Source: Camelus dromedarius (taxonomy: Eukaryota). From it: a stretch of DNA of 64,000 nucleotides. This document shows positions 38,881 through 52,700 of the stretch, in pieces. A program made the translations under genes and the position numbers. The stretch lies in the NCBI RefSeq assembly GCF_036321535.1, contig NC_087437.1, positions 90,398,001 to 90,462,000 of the forward strand, given 5' to 3'. A model generated the notes under the pieces. The model was not told where the DNA came from. It saw nothing but the letters and a program-made list of their open reading frames with translations, and made no database searches. Within the stretch, counting starts at the first letter, position 1, and the number at the start of each line of letters is the position of its first letter.

Positions 38881-39452
38881 GCCAAGGAAGCTTACTATAA
38901 CTATTCATTGAAATTGCAAAAAACAAGAAAATTTGTCACCACTTATAATGCAGCACTAATTCATTTTTCATGTCTGAAAAATGTAATTATATGGCTTTTG
39001 TAATATAAAAGACATTGCTGTATATATGTAACAAACATTTTACAAATGTAAACTAATGGAAATACATGTTTTAAAAGTAGAATGGTTTTAAATTATAAGT
39101 TATATACATTAGGAATTCAAGGAAATTTTATCAGGCAAACATTTATGGAGCTCCTGCACAAAACTATTGTAGGTTCTGTAGGGCAGGGTAAAAATTTAAG
39201 TCAATTGATTAAGTCATTTGATTTAAGTCAGTGATTACTGGATAGAGAAGAGTTGGATACTTTCCACAGACTCATTCATGTTATCAGAGATTTTCCTCAA
39301 CCTTAGCTTCAGGGGCATGTTTACTCTCATTATCCAGTTAGGCAAGTTTAAGATCTGAGGAGCAAATGGTGTAATTAAAATTTAAAAAATCCCTTTATCT
39401 GTAGTATCTTAAAGGGGAATTTCTATCCCAACTATCCCATAGAAATAATTTA

Positions 39453-39578
39453 CAGTTGGCCCTCCATAGCAGTGGAAATGTATACTAAGCCATTTTATAT
39501 GGGGACTTGAGCATCTGTGGGTTTTGATGTCTGTGGAGATCCTGGAACCAATACTCTGCAGATACCAAGGGCAGGTTG
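39453..39578. mobile_element. Internally deleted MER2-like Tigger MITE
   Basis: TA|cagttggccctccat joined to ccattttatatggggacttgagcatctgtgggttttg...tcctggaaccaat...gataccaaggg, i.e. both MER2 ends with most of the interior missing. Confidence 0.8.
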
Positions 39579-40759
39579 TCTTTGTTTTATGTCCCAGCCC
39601 CAACTACTGTTTCAATTGTAATTTTAATAATGAGATCTAATTAAAACAAATATTAAGGGCACTCTGGAAGAGAAACAAATTGAAAAAATGAGTAAAGTTT
39701 GCCTCAAGGAGGGATTGATGGTTTTATGTGGAAATGTAGAGGGCATGTCTACCCACTTTGCTTTCACAGGAGGCTGGGGGTTATTCTTGGGTATTTAGAT
39801 GCATATTGATACTTTAAAAAAATATCAGTAGTGATACCAACATGTCATCCATCAGTAGTCTTCCTAAGATGCTGCCAAACCACCAGCAAACCCAGCCCTC
39901 AAAAACATGAGATCTTGAATATTCATCTGTTAGCTATGTAATGTAGGCATAGTTTGACCTTGATAAAGAGAGATTTCTGAAGTATCTCTAGTGATAGTTT
40001 AAGCCAACAACTCTTCCCTACTCCATCTGAAGTGCCTACATGCATGTATCTGAAGATGTCTACATTTAATATAATTGCAAGGTATTTATGGGGAGGGAAA
40101 AAAATAAGCATCCTATACTTAAATAGTGAAGATCTCTGTTTTAATAGATATAGTTGAAAAGCCTTCATACAGCCCCCAGCCATGAAAAATTATTTTGAAG
40201 GTAGTAATATGAGGCAGGACTTCTTAATTAGAGTCACTTAATGACCTTAAATTTACACCTAGAAGGACTTGTACAAAGTTTCTGAATGTCAGGGCAGCTC
40301 AAGTGACAGATGAGAAAGTCATCAAGCCATTCTGAATCCCAGAAGTCTGGCTAGTCTCCATATAAGCTTTGGAAGGGCCTGAAAGCTTTTTTTGCTCGTT
40401 CCTTTAAGAATAGCATGAAGCAGGCTGGCAGACTTTCTGCAGCAGTTGAGTGACTTCTGACAGTCCTAGTATACTCCCTCATGCCAAGTCAAAACTGACA
40501 TGAGAAAGGGGCTTATCCCTGCCCCCTTCATCATGTGTGCCTGGAATATATGGAGAATTCAAAGCTTCATATCCTTACTCTTTAGACAGAAATTATGCAT
40601 CACAGTCATTTTTAAAGTATATGAGGGAAGAGTGAGAAAGGACAATTTAAGATAGTTTCCACAATTTGAATACCTTGTTACTAAATTTTCAAGAATATAT
40701 AATTGCGTGCAGATATAGTTCAGGGCAAACTTTCCTATAATTAGCTTGAATAACTGAGA

Positions 40760-40950
40760 TTAACCAAATTCTAGCAATGTGTCTGCTACCTAGAGACCTT
40801 TTTAATGTTTGGGCAAGTCATTTAATTTCTAATCTCTCACTTCCCCATTTCCTCAATTGTAAAATGTTCATAATACCTCTTTTCCTACTTAATGGCTTTG
40901 TTTTTAGTATCTAATGAGAAAAATATGCTTAGAAAACTGTAGAACTCTGC
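40760..40950 (+). mobile_element. MIR fragment
   Basis: ttgggcaagtcatttaatttct and tttcctcaattgtaaaatg..ataatacct. Confidence 0.7.
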
Positions 40951-42194
40951 AAATGATTGCTGATTTATTATAATAAGTCATGGGGAAATCCTCAAATTGC
41001 ATTCCACTTTAGTCCATGCCAGGTTTTGAAGTTTTTGTCATTTTCCAGAGTTTTATTTCTCTGGATATATTTTTATTTATTTCAATGTATTTCCTACTTA
41101 CTCGAGGTCAGATCTGCCCAAATAAATTCTGCATATGGGGTGTAGATGTCCTTGAAGATCCTTATGCCCTAACTCCTTGAGGCAAAGGCAGTTTGATCCT
41201 TCTACCAGGGCATTCAGACTTCTGGTCTCCCACAAGAGTTATCAGAGGCTAGCAGGTTCCTATTAGTGAGCATGGTGAGCAATGCCTGGTAATCCATAGC
41301 TCTCTGCTCCACACTGAGTCTGGCCTGAGAGATGCTCTATTTGCTCTGCCTCAGGGGCCCTCCATGGAGTACACTGATTACCAAGAGGACTGGTGGAGTG
41401 ACGGAAGGTTATCACTCTTCCACTTGTCAAGAAGGAGGGAGGCCAACCCAATGTGTGGCTAGTGAGGAGATGGAGAGGTCAGCTGGGGATTCCTATTAAA
41501 TGCAGCAGCCCTGAATCTTTGTCTTCAAACCAGTCAGGAAATTTTCTCCACCTGCTGCTGATACATTGTTTCTGTGGTGCCCAAGATAAACTGCAGAGTT
41601 ACAGTTCTAACACTGAATTCAAATTCTGGAAATCAGCGATTCATCAGTATTTTGAATATTTGATACCAGGTTTTCACTGGATTGGAAACTTGAAATCTGA
41701 AAGCAAACATTTTGTTTGGAATTTTAAATAAATTCAATCTATATTATCTTCCCCATGCTCTTTATTGATTTTATCATAATATTTGATATAGAGGCATAAA
41801 AAATCTTTCACAAGACTCATATATAGCCTGATTCCTTCTAGTATTAGCCAGTACACATAAAAATTTTAAAATAATATTTTCTACATTTGTCATGTGACAA
41901 AGGTTGAGCAGTGCTGCTTTAAGATTATTCAAGGGTTTTACCATACAAAATATTTAGTTGCACAAAATATTTTAGGGGAGTCATTTTCAAAGCCATTTAT
42001 CCTACTATGAAATGTATACTTTGTTCAGCATTGGAAATTCTAAAATATAGTTTCCCTAAGGCTCTTTAAGCAACATTTACCTTTAACTTATTCCTCTAAA
42101 AGAAAAAAAAATTATTTTGGAAAAGAAAATAATAAGGAGCAGTTGTTTAGATAATCAGGTACTCGGGGGGTATAGAAAATTTTAAAAGGGTGGA

Positions 42195-42370
42195 CATATA
42201 TTCTGGAAATTGTGTAAAACTTTTACATAAATTACCTTATTTAATCTTCACAAGTGTATTTGAAATCAATTCCCTATTTTCCTATAAAGAAACTAAATAA
42301 CCTGAAAAGATTTAGATGCTAATTCTTGGAATAATAAGGACTCAAATCCTGGAACTTCTGATTGTTATAG
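42195..42370 (-). mobile_element. MIR fragment
   Basis: ttttacataaattaccttatttaatcttcacaa, aagaaactaa and ggactcaaatcc. Confidence 0.55.
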
Positions 42371-42984
42371 TATGTGATTTGCAATTCTTTGCCATTGAAG
42401 ATGGCCTATACTATTAACATTATATGTATGTCACAATACATGAATATTATTTTACACACATTAGAAGCTTATGGTATACTTCTTTCTTCACCCCAAAGAA
42501 AGCTTTTTAAATTAGAAGAGATATAATAGTTTAAGATGGCAAATTGGCAAAGCAAAACTATATTATAGAAACTTGCTGTGTAAATTCCATTTTTAAAATG
42601 CAGGAGTATAATGGGGGGAAAACTAATGTTAAATCACTGAAAATTATGTTACTGAAAAAGTTGGATGAGAATTTAATTATCTACCTGTTGTTCACCCTAT
42701 CATTCGTTTTCAGAAACAAGTGAACACTCCATTATGTAGGTGTTAATATTTAATTTTTTTAAAGTCATTGCTCCAATCTAAATATAGGTTCTATGCAGAA
42801 TTTCTAATTATACATTCAGATCTCAAGGAAACAGATAAAGAAAACATTAAACACGCAACCCATATAAGTTAAATTTACCTTTCTTACTTTTCACACTCAA
42901 GGTCTTGACAAAATATTATACTTATTGTTCTACCACTTCTCTTTCAATTCATGAGACCCAGAAAAGATAACTTCCATTCTTAAT

Positions 42985-44165
42985 ACTTTCACTGAAACTG
43001 TTGCACTAAAGCCTCCAATAATCTAAATGCCAGAGTCAATGAACCATTTACTTCATCATAATTAACCACTGTACTGTTTAATACAATGAACCACTTCCTT
43101 CTCACTGTAACTTCACCATTCCTTACTTCATTCTCATTAAGACCATGTGGTTCTCTTCCTATTATTTTTTCCTAAGGACTCTTAAATGCTGAATTTCCAT
43201 ATATTCAACTTAGCCATCATTTTCTTCTGGATCTCCTTTGGAATACTCCTCCCTGCTGACTTTCTTTATGCCCCAAACTTTGCCATCATTGTGGATCCTG
43301 AATTTTCTCTCTCCAATCTAGACCACATTTTAGGCCACATATATGGCTGTTATCTCTTTCTATGGTTCACAGAATCTCAACCTTGGCTACCCTGAAATGG
43401 AACTCATCACTCCCTCTTACACATCTTGGGAATCTTGGGGAACTCCAACCACAGTTGCCTCTTCCTCATAGAACATGTAATTGGTCACCAAGTCTTCTCA
43501 ATTACACATCCTAATTTTATTTTGAGAACTTTGGAGTTCTGCCTCTCCATTTTTATGGCAACCATCCCAGTGTAAATCCTAAAGGTACCTTATCTTGATT
43601 ACTACAACAGTTAAACTGACTTTGTTTTCTCAAGGTTGATGTTTGCTATGACATTTTACTGCTGCTTCTTGGATAGCCACTATAATCAGTTTATCCTTTC
43701 ATAGTCCAAACTCCCTACATGAAATACAAGCTCTGGGAAATTTTGCCCTTGACCACTTTTCATACTTAAGTTCCCTATGTACAAGTACAGTTTTAGGCAC
43801 CTTATGCAATCTCTTGAAACTGAATATGTTTTTATCTATCTAGAACACCTTCCTCCAACCCTTTTATTCACAAACTCATAATTATCCTTCAAGACAGATG
43901 TCAAAATTTATCTATTATATAAACCAAATCAAATCCCCCTCTGATTGCCTATAACACGATATACTTCATTTGTGAACTAACAACATTTTCTCCATGCATC
44001 CTTTCATTTCTTAGAACACTGACTCTGAACTATTTCTCCAATAAGTTAAGAGTTTCTCGAAAAAATGTTTTTGAATTTTTATTTTTATTTCTCCTGCGAG
44101 TACGTTACACAATGCTTAGAACATTGTATGTGCCCCATAACTGTATTGCAGATGTACATGAGTCA
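42985..44165 (+). mobile_element. L2 ORF2 to 3'-end fragment (about 1.2 kb, internally deleted)
   Basis: cactgaaactgttgcactaaagcctccaataa, aaatgccagagtcaatg and tttaatacaatgaaccacttccttct (L2 RT region), then tggaactcatca, gtcaccaagtc, tatccttcaagac and a terminal acacaatgcttagaacattgtatgtgcccc. Confidence 0.75.
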
Positions 44166-44269
44166 AAAGATGGGTAATAAACTTTATAATTTCTCACTTC
44201 CCTCAAAATTAAATTTCTATGCCATTGTCTTGATAATTCAACGACGGTCATGGCTGAGTTATGAGTGAT

Positions 44270-44465
44270 TATATGTAAGTTGGTCTGTAAGAATTGGACA
44301 TAGGAGTTGAAGTAAACCATTGAATAAAGCATTTTATAATCCTTAGTTAATTTAGTTTTTTTCTTGTGTATAAAAAAGAAATATTAATTTTAAAACCATT
44401 TGTGAAGATTAAATAATTTATGTAAAAATATTAACATTGCTTGTGACATACAGTATATATTCAAT
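44270..44465 (+). mobile_element. MIR fragment
   Basis: tttgtgaagattaaataatttatgtaaaaatattaacattgcttgtgacatacagtatatattcaat. Confidence 0.55.
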
Positions 44466-46864
44466 CCATTTTATTCCCTTTTATAATTTTCTTTCCCAGC
44501 ACAGTACCTTGATTGCAAACTCCTGCTCCTTGATTTTGTTTCAACTTTTTAAAGAGAAAAATATAGACATTTCTGTAAGAGTTACCCTTTATTGAAAATA
44601 CCATTAGTAAATTGAAATAGGCTTGGGAACCCCTTATTATAATTTCCATCATCAGAGAGGCTTTATTACCTATGAGTAGAGTCATAGAACCACTATTAGG
44701 TTTTGTATTGCAATTTCCATACGAAGATATGTGAGACCCACAGTAGCTTATAAAGCAAGAGTAGAAAATTCTATTTTCATTAGAATAACGATTTTGTGTG
44801 TGTGTACTCTGTGTATGAAAAATGGGTAGGTCATGAAGGACAATGATATGGTGAAAGGGTGGTGAAGAGTATCCAGCAAGGACATCATTGCTCTACAACA
44901 GAAGAAAATGCAGAGTCTCTGGTGACAGAAATAATGAAAAAAAGGCTGGAGCCAAGGTATATGGTGACAGAAAATTGGATAGGAATTTTTGTATAAGGGA
45001 ATGTGATATAAAAAGAAAAGTTAACTTTCAGAATATGATGCTAAATCTTTTTTATGTTACTTAACATGTAGTTCATTAAATATCTCTATTTAATTGACTC
45101 CATGTCATAAAAAATAAACAGGACTCCTCATTTCTTATTTTGGGGGATATGCTAAACTGTTGCTCACTATTGTGGATCTTTCTTTTCGGGCTCATGGTAA
45201 AATTCTCACCTAGTTTTGTGATGTGCTGATCACTGAAAAAGAATATACATCCTAACCACTATTTAATTAATGTAACAATAATCTTTACATGTAATCAAGA
45301 GTATTTTAAAAGCTATTATTTTCATTATTTAATTTCATGTTAGGTGACCTTTTCAAAAACTTTACAATGTTAGCCCGTCCATAAGAATTATTATAGCTAA
45401 AATGTAATGGCAAATAACGTTTTATATTAATTTCATAATTTTTCTAAGTTATATTTAGTCATTTTTATAGTCACAAAACATGAAGATTTTAAAATGATAT
45501 TCTAAAATTATACTTCTTTGTAATTCATTCTTTAATTTTATTTATTCTGTTAGAGATAAGGTGAATTTGCATTTTTCTACTAATTAGTAGATGCTTACAT
45601 GCTGAAATTTTTAATTATAACTGAATATTGGCAACTGCTATACTGTTCTTTACACTTTAGAAGATATAATCAACAAAGCAGACCAATAACTATAATTGAA
45701 CCCACGGGTTTTTGCTGTTGGTTATGAAAATGGTAGTTTAATTTCATGCCTAGGGTCATAATGAATTAAGGGATTTATCTTTATCTCTTAAAAAAAAAAA
45801 GAAATTCATGATGGATTTGGGAATATGGCAGCTGAAGGAGAAGTAAAGTTTTGGTTCACTAAATCTTTGTACATATTTTGGAATAATGCAACATGGTAAG
45901 GTCCTTTGGCTATTTTAAACAAATCACCACCAGAGGCCAAATGAACAAGTAATGACTTCTGACTGACAGTGTAGTCAGAATTATTAAACTTCCTTAAAAA
46001 TAATTAGACCTCTCAGGAATGGAATTTGTGTACATTGTTTGTTAGTTTCCAATACATCAACCACTACTTATAATCAAAACACAGATAATAAGTTTTTCAT
46101 TAATGTGAACACCTGTCTTGGCTTCTTCTGTCTTCCTACTTTTCAACCTTTCTGACACTCTTTCAAGTGGAAAAGACAGTCAGTGTTCCTAAAATGTTTG
46201 TTTCAGAATGCTTCTGAATAGACCTATACTAAAAATACACATAAGAATATGGAATTTTTAAAAATCAAATTATATGACCCTTTTCCCAATATGTACTTTT
46301 TTAAAAAAGAATTAAGTCATGCTCCATGAAACTGATATTATATATTCTTACATCAGTAGAGTGCTAGACATTTATCAATATATCTCTTAGTAAAACAATT
46401 TTGAAAGATGTCATTAATTTTGTTTTCCATCTTTCTTCAATTGCATATTCATAGCAAAAAAAAAAAAAACAGTTTGTGTACACTCCCCACATATGCACAC
46501 TTTTATTTTTAAAATATACACACATACTAACCTACTTACTCATTACAAATATTGTAAAATATACATAAAATCAATTTTAAAATGAGATGAGATGAAAATA
46601 AACAGAAATTAAATTTCTAATATTTTTCCATGCTAAAGCAGATTATCTCGTATACAGCTCACATTGTAAGCAACATACTCATACCAAGAAGCATGAAAAC
46701 AAAGAAGGCACCATGCAAACAAGCTAAACCAAAAACTAGATATCTTTTGAAAGGTTATGTAAATAGAACACTTTATTTCCTCCTATTAAATTTGCATCTT
46801 ATATAACTAATAGCTAACCAGAAATTGGCAGATCAGATTTTCTATCATAAGTTTCTAGAAGGAA

Positions 46865-47060
46865 ACAAGAATGCCAAATGAAATAGCTCTTAGGCTACAT
46901 AAATAGTATATCCAGGTTCAGGATTTCCCCTATTACCTGGTGAGTTAAAGTAGGGTAATTGAAGCTGGGTTTCAGAATAAATATTTGAAAGATACACCAA
47001 ACTGCAACATCAAATGATGTGATAAATCAGTGGGCTGCTGGGAAACAACTATAGAGTCCA
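46865..47060 (+). mobile_element. Possible CR1/L3 fragment
   Basis: ctcttaggctacataaatagtatatccagg and gatacaccaaactg weakly resemble the CR1 ORF2 C-terminal region. Confidence 0.3.
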
Positions 47061-48366
47061 GCCTAACAGTCAAAGATGGGGTAGCTTTTTAAAAGAATAT
47101 CTCTTGCATACCAGGTCGTGTAGAGGCAGGGTGACATTTCAGAGATTGCTAGGCACTCTTGCAGTGACAGCTATAATGAACCAAAGGACATCCTTTGTTT
47201 GGGTCCACTTTTGAAGAGTGTTGGAAACATATCAGTTTGAGGGATTATTTTTTCTATTCCATATCCATTCACTAGCTGGCTGTCTATCAGTTGAGATTTT
47301 TTCAAAAAAGAAAAAGACACTGAAACTTTTTTTTTATAGACGAGATGTTCTTAGCTTAGATGCCAAATATCCACCCAAGAATTTCACTGATTTTTCTTGG
47401 CAACTGACTTTCCTGGAACCATCCCTGTCTGATTGGTAAGTCTTTCCTAAAAGGTAAGAACAGTGTACAATATTTTAGCCCAGAAAAGACTTGGCAGAAA
47501 GTCTAAGAGAGAAATATAACCTATATCAAAGAATATCCTCACTGCTGAGAGGAAGCAATTTTAGAAAGTTGATATACCAACCACTGCTAATTTCTTCTGG
47601 AATGTATCCCTCTATAATGGAGAGAGGACAGACCTTTCCAACTGACCTGAAATCCTTTGCCAGAAGCAAGTTTCATCACTCAGTGCTATAACAGATCATC
47701 ACCAAGCAGAAAAGCCAAACTGCCTGAGGGATTACATTTTATATCTCACAATCCCGAGCTCTTTTTGGAGATTAATTTCATTTACCAAGAATAGATTTGT
47801 CCCTGTTCTGAGCATGGTTTTGGCTGTCTGCAACAAATAGGAAGCATCCTTCCCCTCACCCCAATTGAACACACAAGTCCCAGAATCTCTTCATCTCAAA
47901 TCATACTCACAAGAGCCTCTGTAGTATTAGGTGGAATGAGAGAAACAGGTTCAGTGATTTAGAAGCAAGGTACAGCAAGGTGATGGTACCTGTCCTTACT
48001 CAGGCCCAAAGGAAGTTGGGGGAAACACTGATGAACCAGTGTGTATTCACACTGTGAGTGTCCAGCACAGAGAGATTCAGAGGTCCAGGGACATGGTATT
48101 GCTTAAAGTGGGGAAGAAAGCACTCTTTTGTTTATGACTGGAACCAGACCTCTTTTCTGGTGCTCAAAAAAATCAGACCTTTGGGATCATCCAAAAATAG
48201 CTCCAGTGTATGGATACTGGGTTTTACATCTCAGATAACAGCAGAGGTATGGTTTTTTTTCCAAGTGGCTTTGGGTCCTCTGGACAAGGATAATTGTAAA
48301 CAACCAGTAAAGGAAGATGCTGATGAGGGCTGGAAGAAACCACACGGTGCCTGATGTTGACAGACT

Positions 48367-48520
48367 TGCTTGCAAGCACATGTGACCACACACTTCCCTT
48401 TAGGTTACTGACTCAAATCACCAGGAGGGCATTCTGGAAGAGGACTGAGACTGCTACCATTCACGTGCAGCTGTCAGGCTAGGTGGCACGTGGCCTGGAC
48501 AAAACCATTCTGCCGCGGTG
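48367..48520. promoter_or_regulatory. Candidate enhancer (E-box/AP-1/RUNX/ETS cluster)
   Basis: CACATGTG 48377-48384, GACCACA 48384-48390, CACTTCC 48391-48397, TGACTCA 48409-48415, CACGTG 48462-48467 and 48487-48492, CAGCTG 48468-48473. Locally GC- and CpG-richer than the flanks. Confidence 0.45.
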
Positions 48521-51500
48521 AACGTAAAGAGACACTTTCATACACCATTCATATAAAACATGATAGAAATTTTGCAAGTGATACAGATGCAGAAGAAAGG
48601 AAACCTGACTGAAAAAGGCTTAGTTATATATTGCAGAGTTTCTATAAAAGAAATGCAAAAATAAGCAGAGTGGAAAAATATAAAGATATCCACAAAAACC
48701 GCCTCAAAATCCCATAAACAAAATCGAAAATTAATTTGGTGTTCATTAAGCAAGCACTGCCGCTGCCTTATTTAAATCTGAGCTCCAGATAAATAAATAA
48801 ATAAAGTTTAAATAAACAATTCAGTTTTAAGCATGAAGACTGCTTTCATGCCTGAGACAAATAATAGCTGGGTTGAAGCAGTTGTTCCCAAAAAGAAGCA
48901 CAAAATTATTGGGCGCTCACTCTCCCCGTTGACATTTGTTTTCCTGATTTGTAAGCAACGCACCTCTGAGTGTGCATTTATGAGAGTGGGTATGGAAGAA
49001 TGGGTGACTGCTGGAGAAATTATTTTTGGCCCCTGATGAAGAAGAGTGACTGATAGGGTAATGTAAGGTAATTACATTCTGAAGGAATGCACACCAATAT
49101 TTAAAGATCATTTCCTTTCAACATTATGCATGTGTGAAACAAATCTTTATTCTCCTTCAAATGCTCCTTTGTAGTTTGGTGCCTGTTACAGCAAATAGCA
49201 GAAAATAAGCAAAGTGACAACTGTCACTTACTTTAAGTCACTTTTTTTTCTTTAAATTCTGACATTTTCCATCATTTCTACAATTAGCCTATGGATCTGG
49301 CTGGAAAGTCACTGCCTGTCTGCCACGACACAATGAAAATACGAAATAGTAACACCATTTTCTTCCTGCCAAAGATGACAAACCTCCCAAAGGGATAATT
49401 TCTCCCTGGGGATAAAGCCACACAAGGCTCTGAATCAGGTCTGTTTTAAGAGTCTCCTGAGCCTGAATGCCAATTATGCACAAAATAGTGCAGGAACTAC
49501 CATAGATGACTAAGTCCCCTCTCTTTGAGGTTAGAAATAAGGACCTTGGTACCTGGAAGACAAAGCAGAACACGTGAGCCACACATGAAGGGTAAAAAAG
49601 AAATAAGATTTTAAGAGCCTAAAAAATACAATAGGACCCTACAAATGAATTCTCTTATTCTTTTCTCTTTCCCCTTCAGACTCCCACTTCTGTCTGTTTT
49701 AGATGCCTACCCGTCTCTCTGTCTCTCTCTCTCCCCCTCGCTGTGTCCCCATCCCACATAAACTCACCCACAAACTCAATGAAAAACAAACTGCTCATTG
49801 TGTGAATAAATAGAGATCCATGACTAAAGTTAAACCCTGATAAAAATTTTTAAGATTAAAGAGCATGCAAAAAGATGAAGTATAAGGCAGATTTAAGTTG
49901 CTAAGCAACTTGGCGCTCACATGAAATCAGATATAGCAATTTGCTTTGGCAAGACTACATGATAAGTTTAAAGAAACAAAACCAGTTATTAGTTTGAGCT
50001 ACTAAGTAATTAAAGGAAGAAGAATTAAAAGATTGAACTGAATTAAGTCAGTGTTTAACATATAAGAATACAACCAATTTGTCTCAGAGGCCTGAGGGTC
50101 CAAACTGATATTTAATTACAAGATAAAAGATGACTGTCAATTTGACAAAGGCAAAAATAGATTAAAACATGATACTATATTTAAATCGGATCTTGTACAA
50201 TGAGTTTTGACTTCCTGCCAAACTCCTGTAGTATCATTTCTTACATCATGTAATAAAATGCTCATGTAATAAAAATCTCCCTGCACTTAGATTCCGATTT
50301 ATGCATTCCTTCTGCTGTGCCACCTCAGCAGAGATTAAAGTGCTGAATCTAGTGAACATTCATCACTTTGTTTCTGAAAAAAAATGAAAATATGCATTAT
50401 TATTAAACTTTAGGATTGTGCTTGTGTTGTTGCCATCAGCTACCATAATCAGAATGCAAAGTAGCAGAACATCTATTCCAAGGATGGGTAATCGGCTCCT
50501 TTATGAACATCAGAGTAAGAAAGGATTAAGCCGATTGTTTGTTTGTTTGAGATGGCTTAATTCTCCTCTAGCAACTAGCCCCTTGGCTTTTCTTCACTCA
50601 AGAGAATATTTCGAAAAGGAAAACAAGAACTGCTATCTCTAAGTGTTGCTCACTTCCAGACACTAATCTGCGTTAATGAGTCTCTATCACTCCAGGTAAC
50701 CGCAGAAGTGGAGCAAGGATGGACTTGATTCAAACAAACAAGCAAACAAGCTAACAAAGGCAAGGAACAAATCAATCCTTTAAAGGATGTTCCAACTAAT
50801 GAACATTTAATTCTCTGATCAGCTTATAGGTCTGAAATCTGCATGGGTTCAAGTACTTTCTGCATTTAGCAATTTCAGTTTCTCATACCTCCAGGCAAAG
50901 TTTAGGAAAAGCATAAAGTGTAACTTTAACTGTAAAGAGGTCATATTTCCTTCATATTTTTCAAAATCTTTGCGTGAAATGTTCCTTTGTTTTCAGGCTC
51001 ATTATTAGACTCGTGAATATTCAATACTTGTGTGCTCATATTTCTCCTTATGTGAAAATTCATAGAATTTAATCCTTTGTGAACTGAGAATCTTGGAACT
51101 ACATTCATTTATATTGTCTGAAGGTTTGGTCTTACTGAAATCAATCTAATGTGTGGAACTTTTGCTTTTTATTAAGTCTAAAGGAGGTACTGATTTTGGC
51201 TGCCAAGACTATAGCTGAGTGGTGCCAATTTTTTTCCCCCTCACTGTTATTGCCACTCAGTTAAGATAGGGAGCAGCAAGTGACAGGACAACACTGGGAT
51301 TCTTGATGTTAAAAGTGGAGGAGAAGGTAATTGATTTCCCCTTCAATATTTAACTTAACTAGATACTAGCAACATTAAACAAGGAAGAAACTCTCCTACT
51401 GGTCTCTCCATTCTCTATCTTTGTACTTTCCTTTCAAGAGAGAGAGCATTGGTGGGACTCAGAGAGAAACATACAGGTTTAAGAGGAAGACACATAAGAG

Positions 51501-52329
51501 CAAAAACTAAAATTTGTGTAACTATAGGTCATTTAAATGTTGTTAAAATATATTTATTTCATCTTTCTTTGAGTATACTATAGCTCTAGGAAAATTTATA
51601 AAATACATGAATTATTTGTGGGAAGCTGAAACTTAATTACTACAACCACAAGGGCTGAGGGGTAGATTGTAAAATAGAACTAAGGTATTTAGACTTACCC
51701 CTCACTGATAACCAATTTAAATCAAAAGAATCTCATTTCACAAATCACAGGAAAAAAATCCCACAATTTGCCCAATAGTTTTCTAGTGTTCTCTTAGTGT
51801 CGTAATCTTGTTACAAATGTACCCAATGCATTCCTTTATTTAAGATCATTTCTCTGTGTGTGTGTTACGTTTTATCCTTTTGCAGAAAACAGAGAAGACA
51901 ATATAAAGTATATAAAAAGATAGAAAGGTTTTGAAAATACTTTCAGAAGCCCATCTTTGATGCAAATTCCTCCACTCAAGTACGGATTTATAATGCTAAG
52001 GGAGTGAAAAAACCGCTACATTTGTGTTGGTAATATAGATAACCCCAGGTCAAAACAGTATTTCTTATTTAATCTTGGTGTTATAGCCAACTTTGGGAAG
52101 GTCATCAAATTATTTCTTTGTAGGAACATATTCCCACTACATTATAATTATGTGATTATAATTATGTGATTTGCTAAGTATTTACTATATGCTACATAGA
52201 CAACTTACTTACTCCCATTAAAATAAGCTTAAAGTGTTTCAATAACTAGATCAAATTACATGCTAGCATCAAAGATTGGATTGGGCTTAAAAAGGTATAA
52301 ATCCCATGTCTCAGCACCCAATCACTGAG

Positions 52330-52480
52330 GTGTGTCTTTCAACAGTAGCAGAGCCACCTGTTGAGACTGATTTAAAAATGTATGTACCTGGACGTGGATT
52401 CCCGCATCAGACCCACAGAGTTTGTAACCAGCACATTTGACAATACCTGAATATGGTATTATCAAGGTATCCCCTGAGAT
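52330..52480. mobile_element. Possible MER5B-like MITE
   Basis: cagagccacctg, tttaaaaatgtatgtacctgg and cagacccacaga resemble MER5B. Confidence 0.35.
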
Positions 52481-52524
52481 GTATAGTATACAATAAGAAT
52501 AAGACACAGTAAAGTTAGCTAAAC

Positions 52525-52700
52525 TACCTTCGTGTTTAGTACTTATTATGTTCTAGGACAGGAACTGAACTATATATATGTCATTTATTTTCTTGTTTAA
52601 TTTTCACACAATCCTCTGTGGTATAACAGGTGTCCTTTCCTTTGCTTGGGAAGACGTGGCTGTGATAAAATGAGCCTAAATTCTCTCACGTTAGACATGG
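52525..52700 (-). mobile_element. MIR fragment
   Basis: gtgtttagtacttattatgttctaggacag and cttgtttaattttcacacaatcctctgtggta. Confidence 0.55.
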
